Assembly (NCBI GenBank): GCA_029259115.1
Contig: JAPDJO010000094.1
Span: 1 to 22,117 of the forward strand
Reading direction: 5' to 3'
DNA: 22,117 bases
From: Thermoplasmatota archaeon
Lineage (GTDB): Archaea; Thermoplasmatota; E2; DHVEG-1; B18-G2
In this document: positions 7,906 through 16,542 of the stretch, one piece after another
Position numbering within the stretch: the first letter of the stretch is position 1
Layout of the letters: each line of letters begins with the position of its first letter
The notes under the pieces: generated by a model
What the model saw: the letters and a program-made list of their open reading frames with translations, nothing else
Databases searched by the model: none
What the model was told of the DNA's origin: nothing
Program-made: the position numbers and the translations under genes

Positions 7906-9046
7906 TACCATAAATTATCAGCATAATTGATGAGATCGAAGCGAGCGCTGCAGAGTACAGAAACGTTGCATTATAAGAGAAGACCTTCCAGAGGTATCCA
8001 GCTATCATACCTGCCGGCAGGGCTGTTATACCTATAAGTGTGTGGAAAATCCCAAGAGCTGTTGCCCTAATCTTTCTATCTGATAGATCAGACACAAACG
8101 CCCTTTGGTTCCCATCGAACATAGCAAAGGATACTCCATACAGAGAGAACAAGACAGCTAGAATCACTTCTGAATTGACAAAGGCAAAACCTAGAGAAGA
8201 GAGAGAAAACAGAAGATAGCCTGCAGATAAAACCTTCCATCTTCCTATCCTATCAGATAGAATTCCTGACGGGTAAGAGAATAATGCATAGAAGATGTTG
8301 AAGATTACATACATGGATAGGAACATATTTGTTCCGAATACGTCCTGTGCCCTTCTTAGGAAAAACATGTAACTTATGTTTGATAGGGAGAATATCGTCG
8401 CTATAATCAGAAAAATCTTCAAAGAAGGATCAAGTTCCTTTATACTTGTACGAAATTCTATCGTTTCTTTTCTACCTCTGGTCTCTTTAACCCAGATGAA
8501 CGGTATTAAGGAAAAGAATGAGATAAGAGCTGCTATAATTAGAACATTTCTTATGGGAATCTCGAGATTGTAAATTAAAATAAAGGCAAGTACTGCACCT
8601 ATTATAGCTCCAAGAGTATCTAAAGCCCTATGGATACCGAATCCTTTGCCTTTTTCCTTAGGCATTGATTCTGAGATCATCGCATCCCTAGGTGCTGTTC
8701 TGATCCCTTTTCCAACTCTTTCTAAGCTTGTGAATGCTAAGATATGCTGCCATATCGTAGAGAGAGCGAGTAAAAACTTGAAAAGGGCTGACAATAGATA
8801 ACCTGAAAAAACTATAGGTTTTCTTCTTCCAAGCTTATCCGATAAAAAACCAAACAAGGCTTTGATAGTGCTAGAAACAAAATTCATAGATCCGCTGACG
8901 AGGCCTATTACGATCTCATCCCCGCCAAGAGAAATGATAAAAAGAGGAAGTATGGGCATTATTATCTCACTACTTGCATCATTCAGAAAACTAACAAGAC
9001 TGAGCAAAAGAACGTTAATACCTATCTTTCTAGCTGTCTTTCGCAT
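7865..9046 (-). CDS. MFS transporter, substrate unknown
   Basis: About 12 hydrophobic segments; motif A GFLSDKLGRRK and its repeat GILSDRIGR; SFLND.SSE and ERVGKGIRTAPRDA. ATG 9046 fits the TATA spacing; 9055 is an alternative start. Confidence 0.9.
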   Translation of the reverse strand: MRKTARKIGINVLLLSLVSFLNDASSEIIMPILPLFIISLGGDEIVIGLVSGSMNFVSSTIKALFGFLSDKLGRRKPIVFSGYLLSALFKFLLALSTIWQHILAFTSLERVGKGIRTAPRDAMISESMPKEKGKGFGIHRALDTLGAIIGAVLAFILIYNLEIPIRNVLIIAALISFFSLIPFIWVKETRGRKETIEFRTSIKELDPSLKIFLIIATIFSLSNISYMFFLRRAQDVFGTNMFLSMYVIFNIFYALFSYPSGILSDRIGRWKVLSAGYLLFSLSSLGFAFVNSEVILAVLFSLYGVSFAMFDGNQRAFVSDLSDRKIRATALGIFHTLIGITALPAGMIAGYLWKVFSYNATFLYSAALASISSIMLIIYGIKVYRSSVLSHNL

Positions 9047-9105
9047 AAGTTTCATTCAGATTTCAACTATAAACCTTTTTATTATTCCAATTCTTATCAT
9101 AACCA

Positions 9106-10029
9106 ATGCCCTTTGACAGAAAGACCTTAGTAATACCTGATGAAACGAAATTCGAGGAGCATCTTATAGTTACAAACGGAGATATTATAGTAGCTGACAA
9201 CGCCGGAACAGATTTTGGATTCAAGACATATGGAAGAATATTTGTAGGAGAGAGGGCGCAGGTTAAAGGAGAGATATCATCTGAGGGAGACATCTATATA
9301 GATATGTTTTCCAGAGTTGGAGGAAATGTATCAAGTAATGGTAACGTTTATCTTGGGGACAAAGTGGTAATAGAGGGCAAACTCTCTGTCAAAGGAGACC
9401 TAGATGTTGGTGATAATGTTGAAATAAGAGATGGTTTCGAAGCAAAGGGATGGATAAACATAAGAAGTCCAATTCCCCTGATAATATACATCTTCATATA
9501 TCTCTTGCAACTGTTGAGACTAGGAAGGAGTGAAGAGATAGAGAAGATACTGGAAGAGTTAGAAAAGAGTGAAAACAGATTCATACCAATATCTGAAAAA
9601 TTCCTGTTCATCCCAAGTAATGCTTACCTTGGTATTCAGAACTCAAAAACATCCAGCAATCTTTTGATAGGGAAACAATGTAGAGTCATAGGAAACTTTA
9701 ATGCTCCCGGCTTGGTAAATGTTGGAGAGGAATCTGTGATTTATGGCTCCATAAAGACAGATTCTGATATTGTTATTGGCAAAAAGGTAGAAATACATGG
9801 AAATCTTGAGGCTGATGGTGATATATATCTAGGAGAGAGAGTAAAGATTCACGGGGATGTTGAAGGAGATAGGGTCTTTATCCCAAGATCCTCTCATATA
9901 GGGGGTAAACTACTCGCTAGAAAAGGAGTTTTATTTGAAAAGGTAGACAGAGAGAAAATAGAGGAAAAATTGATAAGGTTTAACTCTGGTGCAGATGTTG
10001 TTGATGAAATAAAGGATGCATTGGAGTGA
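9106..10029 (+). CDS. Beta-helix repeat protein (polymer-forming/bactofilin-like, COG4801-like) with a central hydrophobic segment
   Basis: Repeated ~17-aa units (V.G.I.S.GDIYI, VGGNVSSNGNVYLG, IEGKLSVKGDLDVG, IHGNLEADGDIYLG) in two blocks separated by IPLIIYIFIYLLQLL. Confidence 0.7.
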   Translation: MPFDRKTLVIPDETKFEEHLIVTNGDIIVADNAGTDFGFKTYGRIFVGERAQVKGEISSEGDIYIDMFSRVGGNVSSNGNVYLGDKVVIEGKLSVKGDLDVGDNVEIRDGFEAKGWINIRSPIPLIIYIFIYLLQLLRLGRSEEIEKILEELEKSENRFIPISEKFLFIPSNAYLGIQNSKTSSNLLIGKQCRVIGNFNAPGLVNVGEESVIYGSIKTDSDIVIGKKVEIHGNLEADGDIYLGERVKIHGDVEGDRVFIPRSSHIGGKLLARKGVLFEKVDREKIEEKLIRFNSGADVVDEIKDALE

Positions 10030-10035
10030 TAGTTA

Positions 10036-11247
10036 ATGAGTATGCAGATTGGTATAGTTGGTAAACCTAATGTCGGAAAATCAACCTTTTTCTCTGCAGC
10101 AACTGAAGCAACCGTAGATATAGCCAGCTACCCTTTCACAACCATAGATGCAAACGTTGGCGTGATGTACGTGAGAGCTAAATGTCCATGCAAAGAGTTT
10201 AACGTGAAATGCAACCCAAATAATTCAAAATGTATAGATGGAACCAGACTAATACCCATAGAAGCCATAGATGTCGCGGGTCTTGTTCCTGGGGCTCATG
10301 AGGGAAGAGGTCTAGGAAATAAATTTTTAGACGATCTAAGGCAGGCCGATGCATTCATACATGTTATCGATGCCTCTGGCGGCACAGATGATGAAGGTAG
10401 ACCTTGCGAGATAGGAAGTCACGATCCTCTAAAAGATGTTGAGTTTCTCGAAGAAGAGATCTGCTATTGGTTTGCCGGGATTTTAGAGAAGGATTGGAAG
10501 AGAATAGCGAGGCAATGTGAGGTTGGAAAGATAAAATTTGAGAAAATGCTGGCAGAGAAGATGGCAGGCCTGAAGATAAGCGAAGTCCAGATACACAGAG
10601 CTATCATGAATCTAGGCTTAAATCCTGACAAACCATCAGATTGGAATGACAGAGATATTCTCAACTTCGCATTCGAACTTAGAAGGATAAGTAAACCCAT
10701 GATTGTAGCTCTAAACAAATGTGATCTTGTTCCCAAGGAGGATATTGAGAAGATTATTTCAAGGTTGAAAGAGAAAGGATACATGGGCGTACCAACATCT
10801 GCTGAGGCAGAACTTGCTCTGAGAAGAGCCTCAAAAGCTGGACTCATTAAATACACGCCTGGTGCAGGAGACTTTGAGATATTCGATCCCCAAAAACTTG
10901 ATGAGGAACAGAAGAAAGCCTTAGATTTCATAAAAGAAAAGGTCTTGGATACATACGGATCAACTGGTATTCAGGAGTGTATAGAAAAGGCTGCATTCGA
11001 TCTTTTGAAATTGATAGTTGTCTATCCGGTAGAGGATGAACACCATTTGACGGATAAGCAAGGAAGGGTTTTACCGGATGCATATTTGATGCCAAAGGGT
11101 AGTACAGCTAGAGATTTAGCATACAAGGTTCATACTGATCTTGGAGAGGGCTTCATAAAAGCCATAGATGCAAGAACCCACAGGGTAGTTGGAGCAGATT
11201 ATGAGCTAAAAGATGGAGATATAATAAAGATTGTTGCTAAAGCATAG
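10036..11247 (+). CDS. ychF: Archaeal YchF/Obg-family translation-associated GTPase with C-terminal TGS domain
   Basis: G1 [10 protein letters not shown]2 YPFTTI, G3 [18 protein letters not shown]4 NKCD, Cys-rich insert CPC..C..C, TGS-like C-terminus (VHTDLG.GF..AID...LKDGDIIKI). Confidence 0.88.
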   Translation: MSMQIGIVGKPNVGKSTFFSAATEATVDIASYPFTTIDANVGVMYVRAKCPCKEFNVKCNPNNSKCIDGTRLIPIEAIDVAGLVPGAHEGRGLGNKFLDDLRQADAFIHVIDASGGTDDEGRPCEIGSHDPLKDVEFLEEEICYWFAGILEKDWKRIARQCEVGKIKFEKMLAEKMAGLKISEVQIHRAIMNLGLNPDKPSDWNDRDILNFAFELRRISKPMIVALNKCDLVPKEDIEKIISRLKEKGYMGVPTSAEAELALRRASKAGLIKYTPGAGDFEIFDPQKLDEEQKKALDFIKEKVLDTYGSTGIQECIEKAAFDLLKLIVVYPVEDEHHLTDKQGRVLPDAYLMPKGSTARDLAYKVHTDLGEGFIKAIDARTHRVVGADYELKDGDIIKIVAKA

Positions 11248-11248
11248 G

Positions 11249-12256
11249 ATGGAAAAGAGAGATGTAGTTATAATAGGCGGAGGTCTTGCCGGTCTAACTA
11301 CAGCAAAGTTTCTCGCAGAGAAAGGTATAGATTTTGTACTCTTAGAGGAGGATAAAAGTTTTTTCAAGAAACCTTGCGGAGAAGGAATACTTCCCATAGA
11401 AGTTGAACCTAATTTCTTTGATCTATATGGCAGTAAAGCTGGCATAGAAGGAGAGATCAATGAAGTTGTTATGATGATTGGAAATGGAACTTTGAATCTA
11501 CCCATAACATTTTTCATGATGGACAAGAAGAAAGTGGAAGAAGAAATAGCTAGGCAGATAAAGAAGCTAGGTGGAGAAATAAGATTGGGAGAGAAGGTTG
11601 AAAGTGTTGATGGAAATATGGTTTATCCACAGAACATAAAAGCTAAGGTTCTAGTTGGAGCAGATGGAGTAAGATCTATCGTGAGAAGGTCAAAGAGAGT
11701 TAGATCTCCAAAAATAGGTATAGGAATAGAAGGTCATGTAGAGGAGTTAGAAGAATTTGAAAAAGAAAAAGCTTACATCTGGTTTGGAAGAGATATTGTT
11801 CCCAATGGATATGCGTGGGCTTTCCCAAAAAAGGATCACTGGAATATTGGCATAGGAAGTTCGAATGTAAAGAATTTTAGACCATACTTAGAAAGATTCA
11901 AATCTAGATTTTCGGACATAGAAGATTTAAGAGGTGCAGGCATACCCTTCTCACTTCCTGTGAAAACATATGGTAAAGACTTTGTTCTCGTTGGAGATTC
12001 AGCATCCCAGATAATGACTTCTGTTGGAGCTGGAAATCTTACTTCTATGATATGTGGACATGCAGCTGCGGAGGCAATATTTGATCATCTTGAGGGAAAA
12101 TGCAGCTTATCCAGATATGAATATATTTGGAAAAAGAGACTTGAAAAATTATTTTGTGAAAGTTTGATGATATGCAAACTTGCTGAAATTCTTTCAAGAG
12201 CTAATACCAATCTTTCTCGAGCTATGATAAAAATCATGGCAAAGGTGTTCACATAA
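11249..12256 (+). CDS. Geranylgeranyl reductase-family FAD-dependent oxidoreductase
   Basis: DVVIIGGGLAG (FAD), KPCGEG, VGADG..S.V, P.GYAWAFPK, LVGDSA. ATG 11249 lies 1 nt after the ychF stop. Confidence 0.82.
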   Translation: MEKRDVVIIGGGLAGLTTAKFLAEKGIDFVLLEEDKSFFKKPCGEGILPIEVEPNFFDLYGSKAGIEGEINEVVMMIGNGTLNLPITFFMMDKKKVEEEIARQIKKLGGEIRLGEKVESVDGNMVYPQNIKAKVLVGADGVRSIVRRSKRVRSPKIGIGIEGHVEELEEFEKEKAYIWFGRDIVPNGYAWAFPKKDHWNIGIGSSNVKNFRPYLERFKSRFSDIEDLRGAGIPFSLPVKTYGKDFVLVGDSASQIMTSVGAGNLTSMICGHAAAEAIFDHLEGKCSLSRYEYIWKKRLEKLFCESLMICKLAEILSRANTNLSRAMIKIMAKVFT

Positions 12257-12304
12257 TAATTTTATACCAAAAATGCATACCACTTATGACTAGGAGGGTG
12301 ATGG

Positions 12305-12676
12305 TTGGTACCAAAGAAGAAGCTTATTCCAAAGAAGAAGGTCAAGCTGAGAAAGCCAGTTAGAATAAAGTTCAAAACAAATAAGAATCTTTCCAGAAAC
12401 ATCTTCTGTGAGATACCAACAAAAACTTTAACGATAACTATCTATGCTGTCAGATGGTTTTTGTTCCTGATTCTCATCTACATAGTTATAAGCGTAACAG
12501 CTATGTTCTTTACAAAGAGCTATGAATTTTTACAACAGATAGTAACATTAAGTCTGGGTGGATTTTTTGGATTTTTCATGGGATATTTCGGATGGTTATT
12601 TGCTCACCAGATAACAATGTGGTTAAGTGGAAAGAAAAAAGAAAAGGATGTTTTCAGAAAACTACAATCATACTAG
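12305..12676 (+). CDS. Hypothetical membrane protein (2 TM) with a highly basic N-terminus
   Basis: 123 aa; TTG start with a strong SD AGGAGGGTGA at 12292-12301; TATA-like TTTTATAC at 12260-12267; two hydrophobic helices. Confidence 0.7.
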   Translation: MVPKKKLIPKKKVKLRKPVRIKFKTNKNLSRNIFCEIPTKTLTITIYAVRWFLFLILIYIVISVTAMFFTKSYEFLQQIVTLSLGGFFGFFMGYFGWLFAHQITMWLSGKKKEKDVFRKLQSY

Positions 12677-12714
12677 GCTAACTTTAAAGTATAACATTGC
12701 ATTACAGCATCTTG

Positions 12715-13809
12715 ATGAACAATATATCATCGAATCTCGCTGAATATATATCAAGAGAGTTAAACGCACCACCAGTAGTGGGAGAACTGATTGTATCCGC
12801 AATATTATTTGCAATAGCAATAGTAGCAGGGTGGATTGTTTACTTTATCTTTGAGAGATATCTTAAGAGATGGGCAGAGAAAACCGAGACAAAACTTGAT
12901 GACATGATCCTTCAGAACATCAAGGCGCCTATATATGCTCTTGTTTTTATCATAGGCGTATACTATGCTATATCTCCTTTGTCTATACTTCAACCATACT
13001 CTGGATTGATATCTATCTTATTCTCTGTAGCCCAAATATTGGTTGTAGCATTTATAGCTACTAGGGTAATCAACGTTCTCGTTGAATGGTATGCTGAGAA
13101 GAGAATAAAAAGAGGAAAAAGATTGAGCGAGCATCTACTCTTCATCTTCAAAAAATCGCTTCAAGCGGTTGTTTATATATTTGCCTTTCTAGCAATACTC
13201 GCTGCATTTAATATTGATCTAACCAATGTAGTCGTTGGTTTAGGGGTAGGAGGTATAGCCATAGCTCTAGCTTTACAGAACATTCTCAGTGATGTATTCA
13301 GTGCATTCTCCATATACTTCGATAGACCTTTCGAAGTTGGAGACTTCATAGTTATTGGAGACTATATGGGAACCGTAAAAAAGATAGGCATTAAGTCTAC
13401 GAGGATAGAGCTTCTGCAGGGGGAAGAACTTGTAGTTTCAAACAGGGACTTGGTTAGCGAGAAGATAAGAAACTTCAAGAAGATGAAAAGGAGAAGGATA
13501 TCTTTTGTTATAGGTGTGACCTATGATACGCCCATAGAAAAATTGAGAAAGATACCTGAAATTATAAAAGAGATAATAGATCCTAAAAAAATTCCCGATG
13601 TTGACCACCTGGAGAGAGTTCATTTCAAAGAGTTTGGACCTTACAGCTTGAACTTCGAAATTGTATATTACATGAAGACCAGAGACTACATCAAATATAT
13701 GGACACTCAGCAAGCAATAAACTTCGCAATCAAGGAGGCTTTTGAGAAGGAAGGAATAGAGATGGCATTCCCAACTCAAACCATATACTTGAATAGAGCA
13801 GAAACATGA
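12715..13809 (+). CDS. mscS: Small-conductance mechanosensitive channel (MscS family)
   Basis: GLGVGGIAIALALQNILSD, DRPFEVGDFI, GTV..IGI.ST, IGVTYDTP, F.EFG..SL.F, GIE.AFPTQT. ATG 12715 lies about 24 nt after the TATA-like TTTAAAGT (12683-12690). Confidence 0.93.
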   Translation: MNNISSNLAEYISRELNAPPVVGELIVSAILFAIAIVAGWIVYFIFERYLKRWAEKTETKLDDMILQNIKAPIYALVFIIGVYYAISPLSILQPYSGLISILFSVAQILVVAFIATRVINVLVEWYAEKRIKRGKRLSEHLLFIFKKSLQAVVYIFAFLAILAAFNIDLTNVVVGLGVGGIAIALALQNILSDVFSAFSIYFDRPFEVGDFIVIGDYMGTVKKIGIKSTRIELLQGEELVVSNRDLVSEKIRNFKKMKRRRISFVIGVTYDTPIEKLRKIPEIIKEIIDPKKIPDVDHLERVHFKEFGPYSLNFEIVYYMKTRDYIKYMDTQQAINFAIKEAFEKEGIEMAFPTQTIYLNRAET

Positions 13810-13825
13810 ATATAATTTGCTAAGT

Positions 13826-13852
13826 TCGCCACAGGCGACATTTTTATATAAT
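13826..13852 (+). promoter_or_regulatory. GC-rich palindrome abutting the TATA box of the secreted-protein gene
   Basis: TCGCC-ACA-GGCGA (13826-13838) followed by TTTTTATATAAT (13841-13852), about 23 nt before GTG 13875. Confidence 0.45.
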
Positions 13853-13874
13853 AGTTTACATATTAAATAGAATT

Positions 13875-14369
13875 GTGAGAAAAGTGAAGATTTGTATAGC
13901 TCTGCTAATCGTGATGTCAGTCTTTCTTCCAGCGAACTTAATTCAATCGAAGTTTTGTAATACAGGATTGATAGAAAGAGAGAACAATCTCTATCACTTT
14001 TCCTTCTGTGGATACGTAAAAACTTTATCTGGAAAACCTGTGGCTAATGCTAGTGTTCATGCCTTCATCAAATACCCATACAGTTACCATACAAGGACAG
14101 ATTCTTCTGGATTTTATTATTTAGAGGTAGAGATACCAGGATACTATATATTCAGGGTGAGTGCTAAAGGATACACTACAAAAGTCAGAGGAGTACTAAC
14201 TGGAGAACCGAATACAACAAAATGGGTGAATTTTACATTGTATAAAATACCAAACTCATCAAAAGCACATGAAATCCAGCAAGAACATAAAACATTCAGA
14301 TCAAAATTATTCAATGACAAGAATATAGCAACACAGATTCTTAACCAAGTGATGCCTTACCTCTCATAA
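13875..14369 (+). CDS. Secreted protein with a carboxypeptidase-regulatory-like (transthyretin-like beta-sandwich) domain
   Basis: Signal peptide MRKVKICIALLIVMSVFLPA; G.V...G.PVANA.V...TRTD.SGFY.L...PG.Y...VSA.GY pattern. Confidence 0.72.
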   Translation: MRKVKICIALLIVMSVFLPANLIQSKFCNTGLIERENNLYHFSFCGYVKTLSGKPVANASVHAFIKYPYSYHTRTDSSGFYYLEVEIPGYYIFRVSAKGYTTKVRGVLTGEPNTTKWVNFTLYKIPNSSKAHEIQQEHKTFRSKLFNDKNIATQILNQVMPYLS

Positions 14370-14420
14370 AAGTAGAAAATTAGTTAAGCAGTATGTAAAT
14401 ACGATTTCTCGGAAGATAAA

Positions 14421-14621
14421 ATGATAGAAATACCTATATGGCTATTAGCTGTAATCTTTATAATTTTGGCATACGTAGGATGGAAGATCTTGAAGTTTGC
14501 AATAAAGGTCTTTCTGATAATACTGGCTGCATTAATCGCGGTATTCCTCTTGGATTACTTCCATATCTTTTCTTTAATAAAGAGTTTTTTAGCGGGATTT
14601 CAAATTCTCTCGAGAATATAA
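14421..14621 (+). CDS. Small hypothetical membrane protein (2 TM)
   Basis: 66 aa, almost entirely hydrophobic with a WKILKFAIK linker; ATG start. Confidence 0.65.
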   Translation: MIEIPIWLLAVIFIILAYVGWKILKFAIKVFLIILAALIAVFLLDYFHIFSLIKSFLAGFQILSRI

Positions 14622-15337
14622 TTACATAATTCTCCTATTTCCTCGGGTTCCAACTCCTCTATCCTCTTTTTATAGAATTTTTCACCTATCTCTATGCCAT
14701 AGTAGTTTTTGACTATTTTCCCCAATGTCTTCCTTCTGTTGGAGAAAACTCGATTTAGGAACTCGTAGAAAAAATTCTCATCCATAACAAAAAAGGCTGG
14801 ACTCTCTCTAGGTACTATCTCAACTATCGCTCCATCAACTTTGGGTATAGGTCTGAAAGCGGTCTTTGGAACTGTCTCTAATATTCTCGATATGGTTTTG
14901 TAATACATAACAACACTCAGTCTCGAGTAATCTTTTGATCTAGGCCTTGCAACAATGCGCTTGGCGAATTCTTTTTGATAGATAATAACAGCTTTCGAAA
15001 AATTCGTTTCAAGAAGTTTAAATGTTATTGGTGATGATATCTCAAAAGGAAGATTCGAAACCACTTTGTCAAATTGTATCTCCCTAAGATCAATATCCAT
15101 CACGTCAGCATGAATTATCTCTACATTTTCTGGTAAAATCTTCTCGAGGTAATTAACGAATCTCTTGTCTATCTCTATAGCTATTACTTTGCTTGCTCTC
15201 TCAGCCAATATCTTGGTCAAAATTCCTTTGCCGGGACCTATCTCTAAAACAGTATCTGATTTCGTAATCTCAGCATAATCTACCTCTCTCTTGGCTACTC
15301 TCTCATCTATCAGCAGATGTTGTCCCCACTTTCTCAT
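14600..15337 (-). CDS. rsmA: 16S rRNA m6,2A dimethyltransferase (RsmA/KsgA/Dim1)
   Basis: WGQHLL, VLEIGPGKG.LT, AIEID, VVSNLPF.ISSP, QKEFA.R, F.P.PKVD; ATGA overlap with the DUF655 gene. Confidence 0.96.
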   Translation of the reverse strand: MRKWGQHLLIDERVAKREVDYAEITKSDTVLEIGPGKGILTKILAERASKVIAIEIDKRFVNYLEKILPENVEIIHADVMDIDLREIQFDKVVSNLPFEISSPITFKLLETNFSKAVIIYQKEFAKRIVARPRSKDYSRLSVVMYYKTISRILETVPKTAFRPIPKVDGAIVEIVPRESPAFFVMDENFFYEFLNRVFSNRRKTLGKIVKNYYGIEIGEKFYKKRIEELEPEEIGELCNYILERI

Positions 15338-15900
15338 CTTTCTCTCTTAAAGAACGGTCTCGTAAAAAGGTGATACTTCTCATTCGGATCCGATAACTCT
15401 ATCTCTACCCTCTTGGCTATCAGTTTTTCCGGATGTTTAAGGAAGGGTACCCTATTTGCTATGTCTTCAAAACTTTCGAATGGTTTTTTCTTCCTTTCCT
15501 CAAGAATCTCGAAAAGTATCTTCTTTCCTAGTCCTGGAAGTAACTCCAAAGAATGAAACCTAGATGTTATAGGTGGAGCTTCATTGAAGAATTTTACAAA
15601 CTTCTCTTCGTTCTTCTTCACTATTTCTTCAATAATATAGGGAAGTTCTCCATGAGCTGTAGCTGTAAGCTTATCATAGCTTATTCTGCCTTTTATTTTA
15701 GCTACCTTTTCTCTTTTTGCAAGATCTTTTCCTACATAGATTCTCTCGCCTATGGTAAAGTTGACTCCTGATTTTGGCATTATTTCCAGCAGAGTGAACT
15801 GGTCCTCTCCTATTCCGTAAACGACAGGATATCTCTTGTGTGGAGGGAGATCGCTTCTTCCTTCTGGTAAGTAATCCAAAACATAGACGTAATCCTCCAT
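15334..15900 (-). CDS. DUF655 (COG1491) putative RNA-binding protein
   Basis: VLDYLPEG, GE..FTLLE, FFN.A.PIT.R.H.LELLPG.GKK, PFESF.DI; conserved position between rpo4 and rsmA; SD GGAGGGAG upstream. Confidence 0.9.
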   Translation of the reverse strand: MEDYVYVLDYLPEGRSDLPPHKRYPVVYGIGEDQFTLLEIMPKSGVNFTIGERIYVGKDLAKREKVAKIKGRISYDKLTATAHGELPYIIEEIVKKNEEKFVKFFNEAPPITSRFHSLELLPGLGKKILFEILEERKKKPFESFEDIANRVPFLKHPEKLIAKRVEIELSDPNEKYHLFTRPFFKRER

Positions 15901-15920
15901 GATCTCCCTCCCTCAAATCC

Positions 15921-16253
15921 TTACTCCAAATACCTCCCAACTATCTCCAATATCTTCTTTATATCCTCATCATCCAAACTAACTCTCTCCTTTGCAAATA
16001 TAACTTTAACATCATCTTCATGAGTTGGTAGGAGATCAGCTATCTTATATGCGTGCTTTTCTTCTAACTTTTCAACTTCTTCCATTAATTCCTTAATCAG
16101 TTTCTTCGTTTGGGTTACGGATAATCTGGCAAAGGCTTCAGCATGTTTTAAAGCGGTTTTCTGCTCGTAGGTGAGCTCTCCTCTCTCCTTCTGAATCCTT
16201 TTCAGGATATTTTTGACTTCAGCGATTGATACGAATCTTTCATTCTCTTTCAT
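15921..16253 (-). CDS. rpoF: DNA-directed RNA polymerase subunit Rpo4 (RpoF)
   Basis: VSIAEVK.IL...ELTYEQ..AL.HA..F, KIADLLP..DDVK.IF.KER; synteny with rpl21e. Confidence 0.95.
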   Translation of the reverse strand: MKENERFVSIAEVKNILKRIQKERGELTYEQKTALKHAEAFARLSVTQTKKLIKELMEEVEKLEEKHAYKIADLLPTHEDDVKVIFAKERVSLDDEDIKKILEIVGRYLE

Positions 16254-16540
16254 TACATCACCCTTTTGAGATGTTCAGGAAACACCAGTAAAACCTTATG
16301 TTTACCACCAACTTTTACTCCAACTTTATACGCATTCCCTTGCTTTCCCTCTATCTCTCCTGTAAATCCCTGATATCTTGGATGTGGCATACCCTTGTGG
16401 AAAGAGGGATCTATATCTATACAGACTTTTTCCCCTATCTCAAATTCCTGTAACCCTCTGGTTATAGGTCTCTTTTCTCTTATCTTCTTCCTAAGTTTTC
16501 TTCTTGTCTTGCTTCTAAATCCTTTCGATCTTCTAACCAT
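16253..16540 (-). CDS. rpl21e: 50S ribosomal protein eL21 (L21e)
   Basis: MVRRSKGFRSKTR.KL.K, F.IGEKV.I.IDPS.HKGMPHPRY.G.TG, PEHLK; TAATG overlap with rpoF. Confidence 0.97.
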   Translation of the reverse strand: MVRRSKGFRSKTRRKLRKKIREKRPITRGLQEFEIGEKVCIDIDPSFHKGMPHPRYQGFTGEIEGKQGNAYKVGVKVGGKHKVLLVFPEHLKRVM

Positions 16541-16542
16541 TT

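Noticed and set aside
10464-11526. Minus-strand ORFs of 155 and 106 aa
   Set aside because: Antisense to ychF and the reductase; Ser/Phe/Ile-rich composition typical of reverse-frame artefacts.
15698-15940. 80-aa alternative-frame ORF overlapping rpoF/DUF655
   Set aside because: Out of frame within conserved genes; Arg-rich composition expected from a shifted purine-rich frame.
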